From NCBI RefSeq assembly GCF_902713615.1, contig NC_052162.1:132270653-132334652 (forward strand): 64,000 nt of DNA, in the 5' to 3' direction. Shown piece by piece: positions 11,940-23,599 of this stretch. The stretch's first letter is position 1. Each line of letters opens with the position of its first letter. The stretch comes from Scyliorhinus canicula (Eukaryota). A model generated the notes under the pieces. The model was not told the DNA's origin. It searched no databases and saw only the letters and a program-made list of their open reading frames with translations. Position numbers and translations under genes: made by a program.

Positions 11940-12890
11940 GTGACCCTGAAAGGACTCGGGCCTGTCCTTATTCTGGGAAATGGACCCGAAAGAGCTGGCG
12001 TCTGTCCTTATTCTGGGAGACTAAATGACAGGGGGTCTGTCTTAATTCTGGGAGATGGACACGAAAGGATAGGGGACTGTCCTTATTTTGGGAGATGGAT
12101 GCTAAAGGACAGGGGATTGTCCTTATTTTGGGAGATGGATGCTAAAGGACAGGGGATTGTCTTTATTTTGGGAGATGGATGCTGAAGGACAGGGGATTGT
12201 CCTTAATCTGGGAGATGGACACTAAACAATAGGGGGTCTGTCTTTATTCTGGGACATGGACAGTAAAGGACAGGGAATCTGACCTTTTTCTGTGGAATAT
12301 AAACTAACGGACAGGCAATCTGACATTATTCTGGGAAATGGACACTAAAGGACGGGGAATCTGACATTATTCTGGGCAATGGACACAAACGCACAGGGAA
12401 TCTGACATCATTCTGCAGGATGGAGACTGAAGGACGGGGAATCTGACCTTCTTCTGGGGGTGGAGACTACAGGACAGAGAATTATTCTGGGGCATTTACA
12501 CGGAAGGACACGAAAACTGACATTATTCTGGAACATGGACATAAAAGGATAAGAAATCTGACCTTATTCTGGGAGGTTTTCGCGAAAGAACAGGGAATCT
12601 GACATCATTCTGGGGAATGGACACTAAAGGACAGGGAATCTGACCCTATTCTGGGGAATGGACACTAAAGGACAGGGAATCTGACCCTATTCTGGGGATG
12701 CACATTAAAGGACAGGGAATCTGACCTTATTCTGGGAGATGGACAAGAAAGGACAGGGAATCTGACCTTATTCTGGGGGAAGAACACTGAATGACAGGAA
12801 TATGACATTATTCTTGGAGATAGACACTAAAGGAGAGATAGTCTGACCTTATTCTGGGACCTGGACACTAAACAACATCGAACCTGACCT
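11940..12890. repeat. 41-bp degenerate minisatellite (GGACACTAAAGGACAGGGAATCTGACCTTATTCTGGGGAAT), about 23 units
   Basis: Directly visible periodicity. Confidence 0.9.
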
Positions 12891-12891
12891 T

Positions 12892-15088
12892 GGGCGAAAT
12901 TCTCCGACCCCACGCAGGGTCGGAGAATCGGCCGGCGGCGGCGTTATTCCCGCTCCCGCCGGGTTTTTAATTCTCCGAGCGGCCAAAAACTGGCGTTGTG
13001 CAAATCCCGCCGGCAGCCTCTGAAAACAGCTGGCGCCGGCGGGATGTCATTGATTTTTAACAGACAGATATTCTCCGTGCCGGATGGGCCAAATTCCCGC
13101 CGACGTGGCCACGAGTCACGTCGGCGAAAAACAGAGTAGCTTTAAAACGGCGTCAACCATTGATGATGGTTGACGCCGTTCAGTAACCTAGGGCGAGTGC
13201 GGGGGTAGTGGCGTTGGAGAGGGGTGGATTGGGGGGGGTTGCGGCGTTTGGGGGGGGGAGTTGTGGAGTTTGTTTGGGGGGGGGTTGCGGCGTTTGGGGG
13301 GGGTTGCGGCGTTTGGGGGGGGTTGCGGCGTTTGGGGGGTTTGCGGCGTTTGGGGGGGTTTGCGGCGTTTGGGGGGGTTTGCGGCGTTTGGGGGGGGTTG
13401 CGGTGTTTGGGGGGGGTTGCGGCGTTTGGGGGGGGTTGCGGCGTTTGGGGGGGGTTGCGGCGTTTGGGGGGGGGTTGCGGTGTTTGGGGGGGTTGCAGTG
13501 TTTGGGGGGGTTGCGGCATTTGGGGGGTGTTGCGGCCTTTGTGGGGGGGGGTTGCGGCATTTGGGGGGTGTTGCGGCGTTTGTGGGGGGGTTGCGGCGTT
13601 TGGGGGGGTTGCGGCGTTTAGTGGTGGGGGTTGCGGCTTTGGGGGGGTGTTGCGGCGTTTGTGGGGGGGTTGCGGCATTGGGGGGGTGCGGCATTGAGAG
13701 AGAGGGGGGGCGGCATTGGCGGGGGGTAGGGGTGGTGGTGAGGGGGTAGGCGTGGTGAGGGGGGGGTTGGGGTAGGGGCAGCGGCATGCAGAGGGGGGGG
13801 CGACGGTGCGTTGGCCCCGGGGATCCATCGCCCCCACCTCTCAACGCCCCTACCCCCCTCCCCACCACCCCTACCCCTCTCCAACGCCGCCCCCCCCCCT
13901 CTCAACGCCGGTACCCCCCCTCCTCTCAACGCAGGTACTCTCTCCTCTCCTCTCAACTCAACGCCGCAACCCCCCATCTCCTCTCCTCTCAACTCAACGC
14001 CGCAAACCCCCCCTCTTCTCTCCTCTCCACTCTCCTCTCCTCTCAACGCCGTAACCCCCCCTCCCTCTCTCTTCTCCTCTCAACTCAACGCCGCAAACCC
14101 CCCCCCCCCCCCCCAAACGCCGGGATACTGTCTCTCTCTGCCACCCCCCCCCCCCAAACGCCAGGTCTCTCTCTTCCCCCCCCCCCCCCCAAACGCCGGG
14201 TCTCTCTCTTCCCCCCCCCCCCCCCAAACGCCGGGTCTCTCTCTCCCCCCCCCCCCCCCCCGCCCAAACGCCGGGTCTCTCTCTCCCGCCCCCAAATGCC
14301 GGGTCTCTCTCTCCCCCTCCCAAACGGCGGGTCTCTCTCTCTTTCCCTCCCCCCCCCCCCCCCCCCCCCCCCCAAACGCCGGGTCTCTCTTCCCCCCCCC
14401 GGGATCTCCGGGCCGGGTGCGATTAACGCGACGGCGCCCTGACGCCAGTCCACCGATTATCCGGTTACTGGAGAATCGGCGCATTTGGCGCTGGCGTGGC
14501 ACCAGAAAACGCCCCCCCCCCGCCGATTCTCCGCGTGGGATGGGCTGAGAGACCGCGAAGATAGGCCGAGTCCCTCCGGCGACGTTCACATGTCAATTCG
14601 ATCGATGCGCTGCCAGTCGGGGGTCGTTGAAAGACTCAATTCTCCGCGGACGATCAGCCGAGTTCCCGACGGCGTGGTTCTAATATGGTTCTACCCGGCG
14701 GGAGCTCAGAGTCCCGGCTGCATTGGCCGTCCTGGGGGGGTGGGGGGTGGGATCTGTCACCATGGGGGCCTCCATGACGGCGGCGACTGCAATCGGGGGC
14801 CACTGATAGGTGGGCGCGTGCGATCTGGGGGGGCCTACTTCTTCGGTGCCAGCCCTCTGCGTGGTCCGCCATGTTGCGTGGGATGAGCCACCACAGGCAG
14901 CCGCTGCGCGCCTGTGCGGACCCCCGGCCGGACGTGCAGGGCCCCTTATCGGTAGCCGGAGCTGCGTGGAGCAAGCCCACTTAAAAATGGAGAATCACCC
15001 CAGACTTTCAAGAAAAACATCCGGAGTGATTCGCGCCCGTTTTCTTGCGGGTGTGGGTACATAGCCCCATTATTGGAGAATCCCACCC
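12892..15088. mobile_element. GC-rich non-autonomous TIR element or composite with internal G-rich and C-rich arrays
   Basis: Termini GGGCGAAATTCTCC (12892) and GGAGAATCCCACCC (15075-15088) are 11/14 inverted matches and belong to the same terminus family as 23600 and 45578. Confidence 0.6.
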
Positions 15089-15431
15089 GACCATATGTAA
15101 TCCCCGCCAACGTGATTCCCGGTACTGGGCTCCGGAGAATCATGGAGGGCCAGAGAATAGAGTGCTGGGCCTGCTAAGGTCATTTACATCCTCCCGCTGG
15201 CACGCCATCGTGAACCTCCATCCCGCCACCAGTGCGGTGTTGGAGCATCGCGTTTGTATCGGCGCCGGGCGATTCTCTGACACATCGGGGACCCCGACAC
15301 CAGGGGCAGGAGACAGAGAATCCCCCCCCCCCTTATAGCCGGATAATAAGATGCGCCAATGTGTTGGAGATAAACCCTGGCTTTATAGTCTGTGTATGTT
15401 GTTGTTCATTCGATAGTTAAAGTCTGGTTAC

Positions 15432-15574
15432 CTTGACAACAGTAACAAAGGTGCTGTAGAGGAAACTCAGAATAAACAGAATGGCAAAGGCAGCGACTGT
15501 CACCGCGTTGTCGTCTCCTTCCAAATCTCCCATCTCTTCTTTTCCTTCCTCTCCTCCCACATCCTGAGGTTTTT
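15432..15574 (-). CDS. IgW TM1 exon (acidic spacer and transmembrane helix)
   Basis: ttcag|AA AAA CCT...GTC AAG|gtaacc, 143 nt. It encodes EKPQDVGGEEGKEEMGDLEGDDNAVTVAAFAILFILSFLYSTFVTVVK, with the antigen-receptor F..LF..S..YS motif. Confidence 0.93.
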
Positions 15575-16169
15575 CTGAAACAAAGAGAAAGTTGAATTTA
15601 AATCCAGGTCCAGAACATCTTCATCGTTTGAAGATAGTACAGTGAAGGAGGAGATCATACTGGAGGATCAGTGGGAGCAGTGAATCATTAGAAAGTCTTT
15701 CTCTCCTTTACCAGCTCTCACTCGCTCGCTGGTTCTGGCTCCCTCTTTGTCTTTCTCCCTCTCGCACTGCCTTCCCTTTATCACTCAGAGATTCTGTTCT
15801 CTTTCTGTTTTACCTCTCCCACTTTCTCTCTTTCTTTGTCACACTCTCTTTGACTCCTTGTCTCCAGTAACACCCTTGACTGGCAAACAAATTCATTGAT
15901 TGTAAAGCACTCGGAGATTATCCCCATCGCCAGAATGAGATTCTTTATAACTTCAAATATTTCTTTCTTTTTGATTCTCTACTTCGATATAATATCTCAG
16001 TCAACCTAATATTTTCTGACGCATCGTTAAATGAACTTGTGTTGTTACTGGGTACAACACTGATGTCATCTGCTCAATGACACAAATTCTTGTGACTGGT
16101 GGTGTGAGAGAGTGAGAGACCCAATGGGATCTGAAAACCTGCAATTCATGGAAGTCTGTGACGTGGTTT

Positions 16170-16510
16170 CGTGGATCTTCTGGGTCAGAAGATTGTGGGT
16201 TCAAGTTTCACTCCAGAAACTTAAGTGCGTGATTCAGGTCGACACTGCGATGCAGGACTGAGAAAGTGCTGCAGTGTAGGAGGTGCCGCCTTCGAACGAG
16301 ACGTTAAACGATGGCCCTCAGGCTGATGTTAATTTGTAAATGATCCCACAGCACTAGTGGAAGAAGAGCAGGGAGTTCTCTGCAGTGTTCTGAACCAGCC
16401 AACATTTATCTTTCAGCCAAAACACCGTAAACCAGGTGATCTGGTCATTCTCACAGTTCTTACTGTGGGAACTTAGTGTGTGCAAATTGAAATTGGTCAA
16501 CTGAGAAAGA
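16170..16510 (+). mobile_element. Deu-domain (SacSINE1-like) SINE, decayed
   Basis: Core GTGCTGCAGTGTAGGAGGTGCCGCCTTCGAACGAGACGTTAAAC and GAAGAAGAGCAGGGAGTTCTC. Related copies lie at ~19300-19870, ~34180-34620 and ~48170-48270. Confidence 0.6.
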
Positions 16511-17068
16511 CCAAACCATCCTGATATTAGTATGACACAATGATGATGGAGTTGTGGATCAATCATAGCAATCAGTCTCTTATTAATTAGCCTACAATAA
16601 TCCCAGACACGAGGCGAGGAAACCCCAATGGGGGGAGATTTGGAAAGTGCAGGGCCAAAGACTCTGTTGGTCACCAGCATGTTACACTCACCACACCTCA
16701 TGTCCAAGTTACTCATTTACTGTCTCCCAAAACACACCAACAATCAACACTCAAAACTGAAATCTTTTCACATCAGGTTTATTGAAATTGGATCAGGACA
16801 TTGACATTTTGCCACATACAATTAACCCTTCGTGGGGTTTCGCACAGGTTTCACACTTGATCAAATGCAACACAAAAATATTTCAAAAGGAACCTTCAGA
16901 CATTTGGCGTAAAGGGATGTTCGTTGTCTGATTTGATCACTGAATATAGTTTTTTCACAATTGTGGAGCAAGGTCAGATTTTGTTCATGTTTTGAATGAA
17001 CTGCCACCAGAAGAGAGATTTTACAGAGATCATAACAATCCTCTGGTTGCGTTAACCATCCATTTACA

Positions 17069-17074
17069 TTTATT
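17069..17074 (-). terminator. Polyadenylation signal of the long secretory IgW transcript
   Basis: AATAAA on the minus strand about 30 nt after the CH6-tail stop. Confidence 0.75.
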
Positions 17075-17103
17075 ATATAAATGGGTGATTGAATGGCCAG
17101 ATG

Positions 17104-17486
17104 TTATGAACAGGATTTAAAGCTGTCAGTTAGGACAAGTGACACATTGACCAGGGTGGGTTTGCTGTGAGATTTATTAATGCTCCTGAACAGATTTGTT
17201 GTAGCTGACTCGTGTCCCACCACACAGGAGTAAGTGGTGCCTCTGTTCCACTCGTCTGCAGAGACTGTCAACTGACTGCCCGAGTTCCAGCCACTGCTGC
17301 CATCCTCAGTCACCGGCTGGTTCACGAATTCCGACTTCAGAAGGGTGTCGTTGGCCATCCAGGCCAGGTAGATCTCTGCGGGGGAGAATCCGGTGACCAG
17401 GCAAACCAGGGTGGCAGTCTGATCCGTCTCCATCTCATCCGGCGAAGGGGGAAGGAGGTAGACTTGAGGGTGAGTCTTAACCTCAA
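17104..17486 (-). CDS. IgW CH6 with contiguous secretory tailpiece
   Basis: Acceptor tttccag|TT GAG. C1-set motifs TLVCLV, LAW and W.....YSC are present. The tail SKPTLVNVSLVLTDSFKSCS* carries an N-glycan site and a penultimate Cys. Confidence 0.95.
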
Positions 17487-18594
17487 CTGGAAACAGAGAC
17501 AACATAGGTTAGACTGAATCTTTCTCTCATCCTGTATTTACCCAACATGTTCACTTACACAAACCTGGACAACTTCTACATCCCCAGGGACTGCTCCCAT
17601 ATCAGAAACTAAAGACAATTCTCTTTCTGGTCATTGTTGGGGCTGGGGTCCAAGAGGCAGGATCATTGATCTGACTGATTTTATAACTGCCGCTGAGGAT
17701 AACTTGTTCAGTTTAAACATCGGCAAACAATGAACAACTGGCAATCTGCAGAAAGAGTGTCTGAATGGTGATTGGGGCTGGGCTGATCTTCAAATGATCA
17801 AATTCATCAAAGTGCTTAAATTCATGAGGGATTTTAATGGAATAAATCAGGAGAGACTGTTTCCAGTGGCAGGAGATTGAGTAAGCAGAGCACAGACATT
17901 TTAGAGAATTGGTTAATGAACCTGAGGGAAGGTGGGATTTTTATTGCTGAGTGAGTTATGATGATCTGAAATGCACAGTCTGAAAGAGGATGGTGGACTC
18001 AGATTTTAAATAGTAACTTTCACAAGGGAATTGGACATATTCTCTGTCAGAAGGAAATTGTAAGCCTATTGGAAAAGGGCAGATTGGGTGTGAGATTAAT
18101 CGAATAGCTCTTGCAAAGAGCTAGCACACGCCGATGGACCAAATGGCTGCCTTCTATACAAGAACCAGAGATCCACTTCCAGACCCTTCTTACTGTTGTC
18201 AAGAGGGAGGCTTCAGGGATTCATCTGGTCATGTGGTGTCTGCTCCATCTCCCTTTCCTTGGAATGGATTTTGTCATCTTAGCCTATACCTCAGACCAAC
18301 AGTTTCCCTCATGTCTTCAATGGCTGACCTGACTCAGCCTCTTTGTCAAATTGTGAAAGCTGCTCATTCTTCTCTGTATATCTCCCATCCCTGTCCACCC
18401 ATCCCACAGGCACCCGTGTGAGTTGGAGTGAGGTCTTTGTGATGATTCGAGGTTTCATTTGATCTGTTTCTGAGCAGGTTTTGCCCAATGGATCCTTTAA
18501 CACAATCTGCCACCCCGTGCTCGATATTTACCACTAGATGGTAGTAAATCACTTCATTTGCGAAGATCAGAGCTGCAGTTCCACCCACACGTAC

Positions 18595-18915
18595 CTTGGG
18601 CTTTCCTGATTGATCTCTTCTCCGGCGTTGGCAAACTCTTGTCCTCCACCAAACACAAATACTCTACCCCACTCTCCCACTCTGCGGCAGGGACTGTCAG
18701 TCTGCTGAAGATCATGTCTTTGTCTCCATCCCTCTTTGGACCCTGAGTCTTCACTCCATCTTCTCTCTTAATTCCATCCACCAACCAGGTTACCCTGACT
18801 CCTTCTAAATCACCGTGAAGTATCTCACAGAGAATAGTCGCCATCCTGTTCCTCCAGATCTCTTCGAAAGGAGGCTTCCTTAAAGTGACTGAGATCCCAG
18901 TGTCCACATATTCAT
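18595..18915 (-). CDS. IgW CH5 exon
   Basis: cccag|AT GAA...CAA G|gtacgt, 321 nt, phase 1/1. Intact C1-set domain (ATILC, VTW, EWESGVEYLC). Confidence 0.95.
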
Positions 18916-19509
18916 CTGGGAGAAAAATTACAATTATTATTCAACCATTCCCCAATGGGATGTGGACATTGCTGGCAAGGTTGGCATTTCATGCACATCA
19001 CCACATGTGCAATAGTGGCTTGCTGAGCTCTTTCAGAGGAGAGTTATGAGTCAACCACATGGGGTTGTGCCTGGAGCCACATCTGGGACAGACAGGGTAA
19101 GGACAGCAGGTAGCCTTCCCGAAAGGAACATTGACAAACTATTTGGGTTTTTACCACAATCTAACAGTTTCTGATTCACAGATTTGAACGTTTAATTCCT
19201 CAATGTTTCCTTTCTAAAACTGAATTCAAATTCCCAAGCTGTCATCGATTTGAACTCAGTTCTCTGGATTATTGATCATACGTGTCCTCCGCATATGAAG
19301 GTTGTATGTTCAAGCCCCACTACAGATACTTGAGTACATAATCAAGAATGGCAAACCAGTACTGAGGGAGCTCTGCACTGTGTTGAGTGCCGTCTTTCAG
19401 GAAGAGACGTGAGACCAAGGCCCTTTCTCGGGTTGAACAAACAGATACCATTGTCGGGAATTTGAAAAAGGGAAAGGGTAGAGAGGACAATGTTTAACAT
19501 ATTATCTGA

Positions 19510-19694
19510 TAATAATAATAATAATATAAGATCACTTATTGTCACAAGTCGGCTTCAATGAAGTTACTGTGAAAGCCCCTAGTCGCCACATTCCGGCGCC
19601 TGTTTGGGGAGGCTGGTACAGGAATTGAACCCGCACTGCTGCCTTGTTCTGCATTACAAACCAGCTGTTTAGCCCACTGTGCTAAACCAGCCCC
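19510..19694 (-). mobile_element. tRNA-derived SINE (same family as 1305-1495) inserted in a Deu-type SINE
   Basis: Minus-strand head GGGGCTGGTTTAGCACAGTGG, with a (TTA)n tail at 19510. Confidence 0.8.
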
Positions 19695-20013
19695 AATATG
19701 ATCATCATATTGCTGTGTGTGAGACATTGCTGCACACAAATTAGTCAACACTGTCGTTACATTGAAACACTGACTGCACCTCATGGAAAGGACTGTTTTG
19801 GTTGCAAAACATTTTGGGACATTCTGAGGATGTGAAAGGGGGACATTAATGCAATTGTGTCTTTCTTTGTCCAAGCCTCTGGATTACTGATCCACTCAAA
19901 CACCCACTGCATAAACACATGCACACTGTTGGTGTTGTACTTTCTGACCCTCATAGAGTTTATAGCCTTCGGGATCAGCAATGTCAATATTGGAGCTAGG
20001 CCCAGGATCATAC

Positions 20014-20331
20014 CTTGGACGTGCCTCACTGTCCCATTGGTGTTGAAGTGGGAGGCTGGATGAGACACAGCACAGATGAAGGTCGAGCCTTTCTTCCACT
20101 CCTCTGTACTCACAGTCAGGTAGTGCCTGACACTGAATGTCCCAGCCTGCTCCAGATCAGTGAGTCCAGCACGGGTCTTGGAGGAGATCAGATCGCCATC
20201 TTTCTCCCAGGTGACATTTATGAGGTCCGGGTAGAATCCAGTGATCACACATTCGAGTGTGGCTGTGTTCTTCATCTTCATCTCCTCACTTGTTGGAGGC
20301 AGCAGTCTGACCCTGGGACCTTTTGGCACAA
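20014..20331 (-). CDS. IgW CH4 exon
   Basis: ttccag|TT GTG...CAA G|gtatga, 318 nt, phase 1/1. Intact domain (TATLEC, VTW, EEWKKGSTFIC). Confidence 0.95.
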
Positions 20332-20421
20332 CTGGAACAGATGAGTAAACAAAGGAAGTGTTATTCCTTTTTCTCTCAAGTTTAACAGATTCAAGTCATT
20401 AATGTCCCATCTCCTGCCCAC

Positions 20422-20719
20422 CTTTTGCTCTGCTTATCCGTTTGGACACTGGTACAGATGAGGAAGCACGCTGGGCAGAGCACACAAACTCCACCTCGCT
20501 CTCCCACTCCTCTGCACTGGTTCGAAGTTGGCTGACGATAATGTGCAGGCTCCCTTCCTCTGTCGGGGACTGAGTCGAAACTCCTTCACTTATCTTCTTG
20601 CTGCTCACTTCCTGATCTGGACTGAGCTTGGATAAGAACAAACCACTGAGCACTCCAGGGTAGCAGTCCTGTTCATCCAAACCTCTTCAACAGAAAGATC
20701 TCGGAGAAAGACAGACATT
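20422..20719 (-). pseudogene. IgW CH3 exon, frameshifted (pseudo-exon)
   Basis: cccaag|AA TGT...AAA G|gtgggc is 298 nt, not a multiple of 3. The N-terminal motif SVEEVWMNRTATLEC and the C-terminal motif SQLRTSAEEWESEVEFVC are in different frames, and the conserved C-strand Trp is missing. Confidence 0.85.
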
Positions 20720-21249
20720 CTTGGGAATGAGAAAGGGAAAACTTCAGAGGAATTGGCACTGTTTGGTGTCAGCAGGCGTCAGAATTTCAGATAAGACTTT
20801 TCTATAGTTGATCAGCAATGGAAGGATAGGACAAAAGTGACTTTAAACCACAATCATTTTTAAACTGTAAAACTTGGGCTGATATTAGATCAGGTTATAC
20901 TGCAGCTTCTCGCACATTAACAGGGTTATTTCAAGGTCATCTTGCATTTCTTAGTTTTTAGTTTTTGATGGAGAAACACAATGTGAGCACCAAGAACCCA
21001 CCGGATCTGTTTTCTATCCATTTGCCCAAATCTGACCAATGGATCCGCAGTGGGGTCTGCAATTTGAGTTGTAGGTCTGAGTGTCTTTTAGATGTGGTAA
21101 TGTTAATAAAATGCAATCTCCAGTTTATATCAAGTGGTCTAATTAGAAAGAGAAACAGTTGAATCAAGGCTTATTTACTGACAGGCTTTGTGGAGCTGTG
21201 TATTGATTTGTGACATTGAACAAACTGAATCTTCTCCATTCAGAGTGAG

Positions 21250-23430
21250 CCTGGGGTTACCTCAATTTGAAACTTCTTATCCTAGTGTTCGAGTGTCTGT
21301 CTCGTCTCACTTCTTCCTGCCTGTGTAACCCTCGTCAGCCGCACAACACTGCATTCCTCCAACTCTGACCTCTTGTACATCTCCCCTCCCTTTGCCCCAG
21401 GATTGGAGGCTATGCCTTCAGCCACCTCCACCCTAATCTCGGGAACTCCCTCCCTAAACCTCGGTCACTTTGTTTTAGGCTTTCCTGAAAACAAATCTCT
21501 TCAGCCAAACTTTTGATCACCTGTCCTACTGTCTCCTTCTTGACTCAGTGTCAATCTTTATCCTCCAGTGAAGAGAAAACCATAAGAAATAGCAGGAGTG
21601 GACCATTCAGCCCCTCGAACCTTCTCCATCATTCATTACTATCATGGCTCATCTTCTTCCTCAACTCTCTGTTCCAGCCCACTCCCCATATCCCTTGATT
21701 TGATGAAGAATCAAAACATATTGACGTCAGTCTTGAATATACTCAATGCTGGAGCACCCACAGCTCTCTGAAGGAGGCAATGCCAAAGATGCACAACCTG
21801 GAAGAAATGTCTCCTCATCTCAGTCCTTCATGATTGATCCCTTAGCCTGAGGCTGCGGCCATCATGTTCTGGATTCCCTAGCCAGGGGAGACTCCCTCTC
21901 AGTGTCGATCCTGTCAAACCCCTTCAGAATCTTCTCTGTTTCAAAGAGATCACCTTTTATTTCTCTAAAATCCAGAATGTCTCAATTAACTCAGACCCTC
22001 ATCATTGGACAACCCTCCCATCGCAGCAACCAATCGAGTGAATCTTCTCTGCATTGCCTCCAAGGCAAGTACATCCTTCGTTTGATATGAAGACCAAAAG
22101 TGGACACAGATTAACAGGTCTGGTCCCAACAAATCCCTGTGCGATTGAATCAAAACTTCCAGTCAGCTTGGAACAAAGGTTAACATGTATTTAGCTGCCT
22201 CATTACTTGCTGTACCAGAATATTTACTTCCTGTGTGTCTTGTATGGCGCATTCAAGTCCCTCTCAACAGAAGCTTTCAAAAGATTAATGCCTTTTAACA
22301 GATATTCTGATTTTGCTGCCAGAGCATTTAACCTCACACTTACACTTTTTATATTCCATCAGCCAGCTTGTTTCCCACTCAGTTAATCTGATTGTATCTC
22401 TTTGCAGCCTCTTGGTGTCCTCTTCTCAGCTTACAGTCAAACTTGTCTTGTCAACACATAGCAGAGTCTGTCGTACTGATTATTGTGGCACTCCACTAGT
22501 TACAGCCTGATTACTTTAAAATGTCATGTTTCTCCCGACTGTTTCTCTGTTGACAAATCCTCCATCCATTCTGATATTATCCCCAGCATAAGCTCATACC
22601 TGGTGAATTAACCTTTTATTTGGCATATTCTTGAAAGTTTTGAAACTCAAAATATACAACATCTACCGGATCCCCTGTGTCGACCCCTGGAGCTCAGTCT
22701 TCAAAAAATCAAATTGTCAGATACAATTTTCGTTTGTGAAACCATGTTGCCTTTGTCTGATCAGACGAGGATTTTCAAAGTGTGTGATTCCTCCTTAATA
22801 ATGGATTCCAGCAACAATAGGTTCCAACATTTTCTGACAACAGACATCAGGCTCAGGGTCTGTAGTTTTCTATTTCCTCTCACCCTCCTTTCTTAAATCG
22901 CAGTGTTATTTATGTTTTCTAACTTCCAGTCCACGGGAGTTTGGGGAATTTTGGCTGTGAAGCACTCTGGGATGTCCTGTGGTCATGAAAGACGATAGTT
23001 AAATGCAAATTGTTCTTTGCTGTTCTTTTTCTGATTGGAGACAGCCACGATCTCCTCAGTGTTAAAATCCTGATCCTAATGTTCCATTGGCCGGGCCTCT
23101 CCCTGTCTGTGTCATCTTCTCCAGTCCTACAACCGCCCAGAAACTCTGCATAACTCTGGTCTCTGGCCCACCCTTCACTCCCTCTCCCCCAGCATTGGTG
23201 GCCATGCCTTCAGCCACCTCGGCTCTAATCTCTGGAACTCACTGCCTAAACCTCAGTGACCTGCCACCTCTCTCCCCTCATTAGAGACTCTCCTTAAAAC
23301 CTTGCTCTTCGCCCAAGTTTTTGGTCACAATCTCTCCTTCTTTAGGCTCAGCGTCAGTTTCTCTTTGGTTTTCCTCCTGTGAGGCACTTTGGAATGTTTT
23401 GCTACATTAAAGGCGCTACCTCAATGCAAG
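21250..23430. mobile_element. Mixed decayed LINE fragments (L2-like 3' ends and CR1 minus-strand remnant)
   Basis: Fragments such as CCATGCCTTCAGCCACCTC...CTCTGGAACTC (L2-like tail) and AGAAATAGCAGGAGTGGACCATTCAGCCC (CR1 tail). There is no open ORF. Confidence 0.55.
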
Positions 23431-23599
23431 TTGTCATTGATTCCCTGTCGAAGAAGATGGTTAGTTTGCATTGGGAGAGCAGCCCCCATGAGTCAGAGGA
23501 AGTAACACAAGTCCCCTCTTCCTGCAGATTGAGGATTATTTCTGCCCAACATGTACTTCCTCTAGTTTCATTCCAGAGTTACCGGCCTGGGAAGATAAC

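Noticed and set aside
13142-14589. Pro/Gly-rich ORFs
   Set aside because: These are translations of G- and C-rich tandem repeats open in many frames.
17173-17178. AATAAA as the long-form polyA signal
   Set aside because: It lies inside CH6 codons (ATT AAT AAA). A better-placed signal follows the stop at 17069-17074.
20720-20760. Alternative upstream acceptor (20742) rescuing CH3
   Set aside because: It is in frame with the N-terminal motif but still hits TGA at 20607 because of the second lesion.
23003-23010. Octamer ATGCAAAT as an enhancer
   Set aside because: It is a single site within what looks like the 3' end of a SINE or LINE tail (..ATAAATGCAAGT-like), with no supporting motifs.
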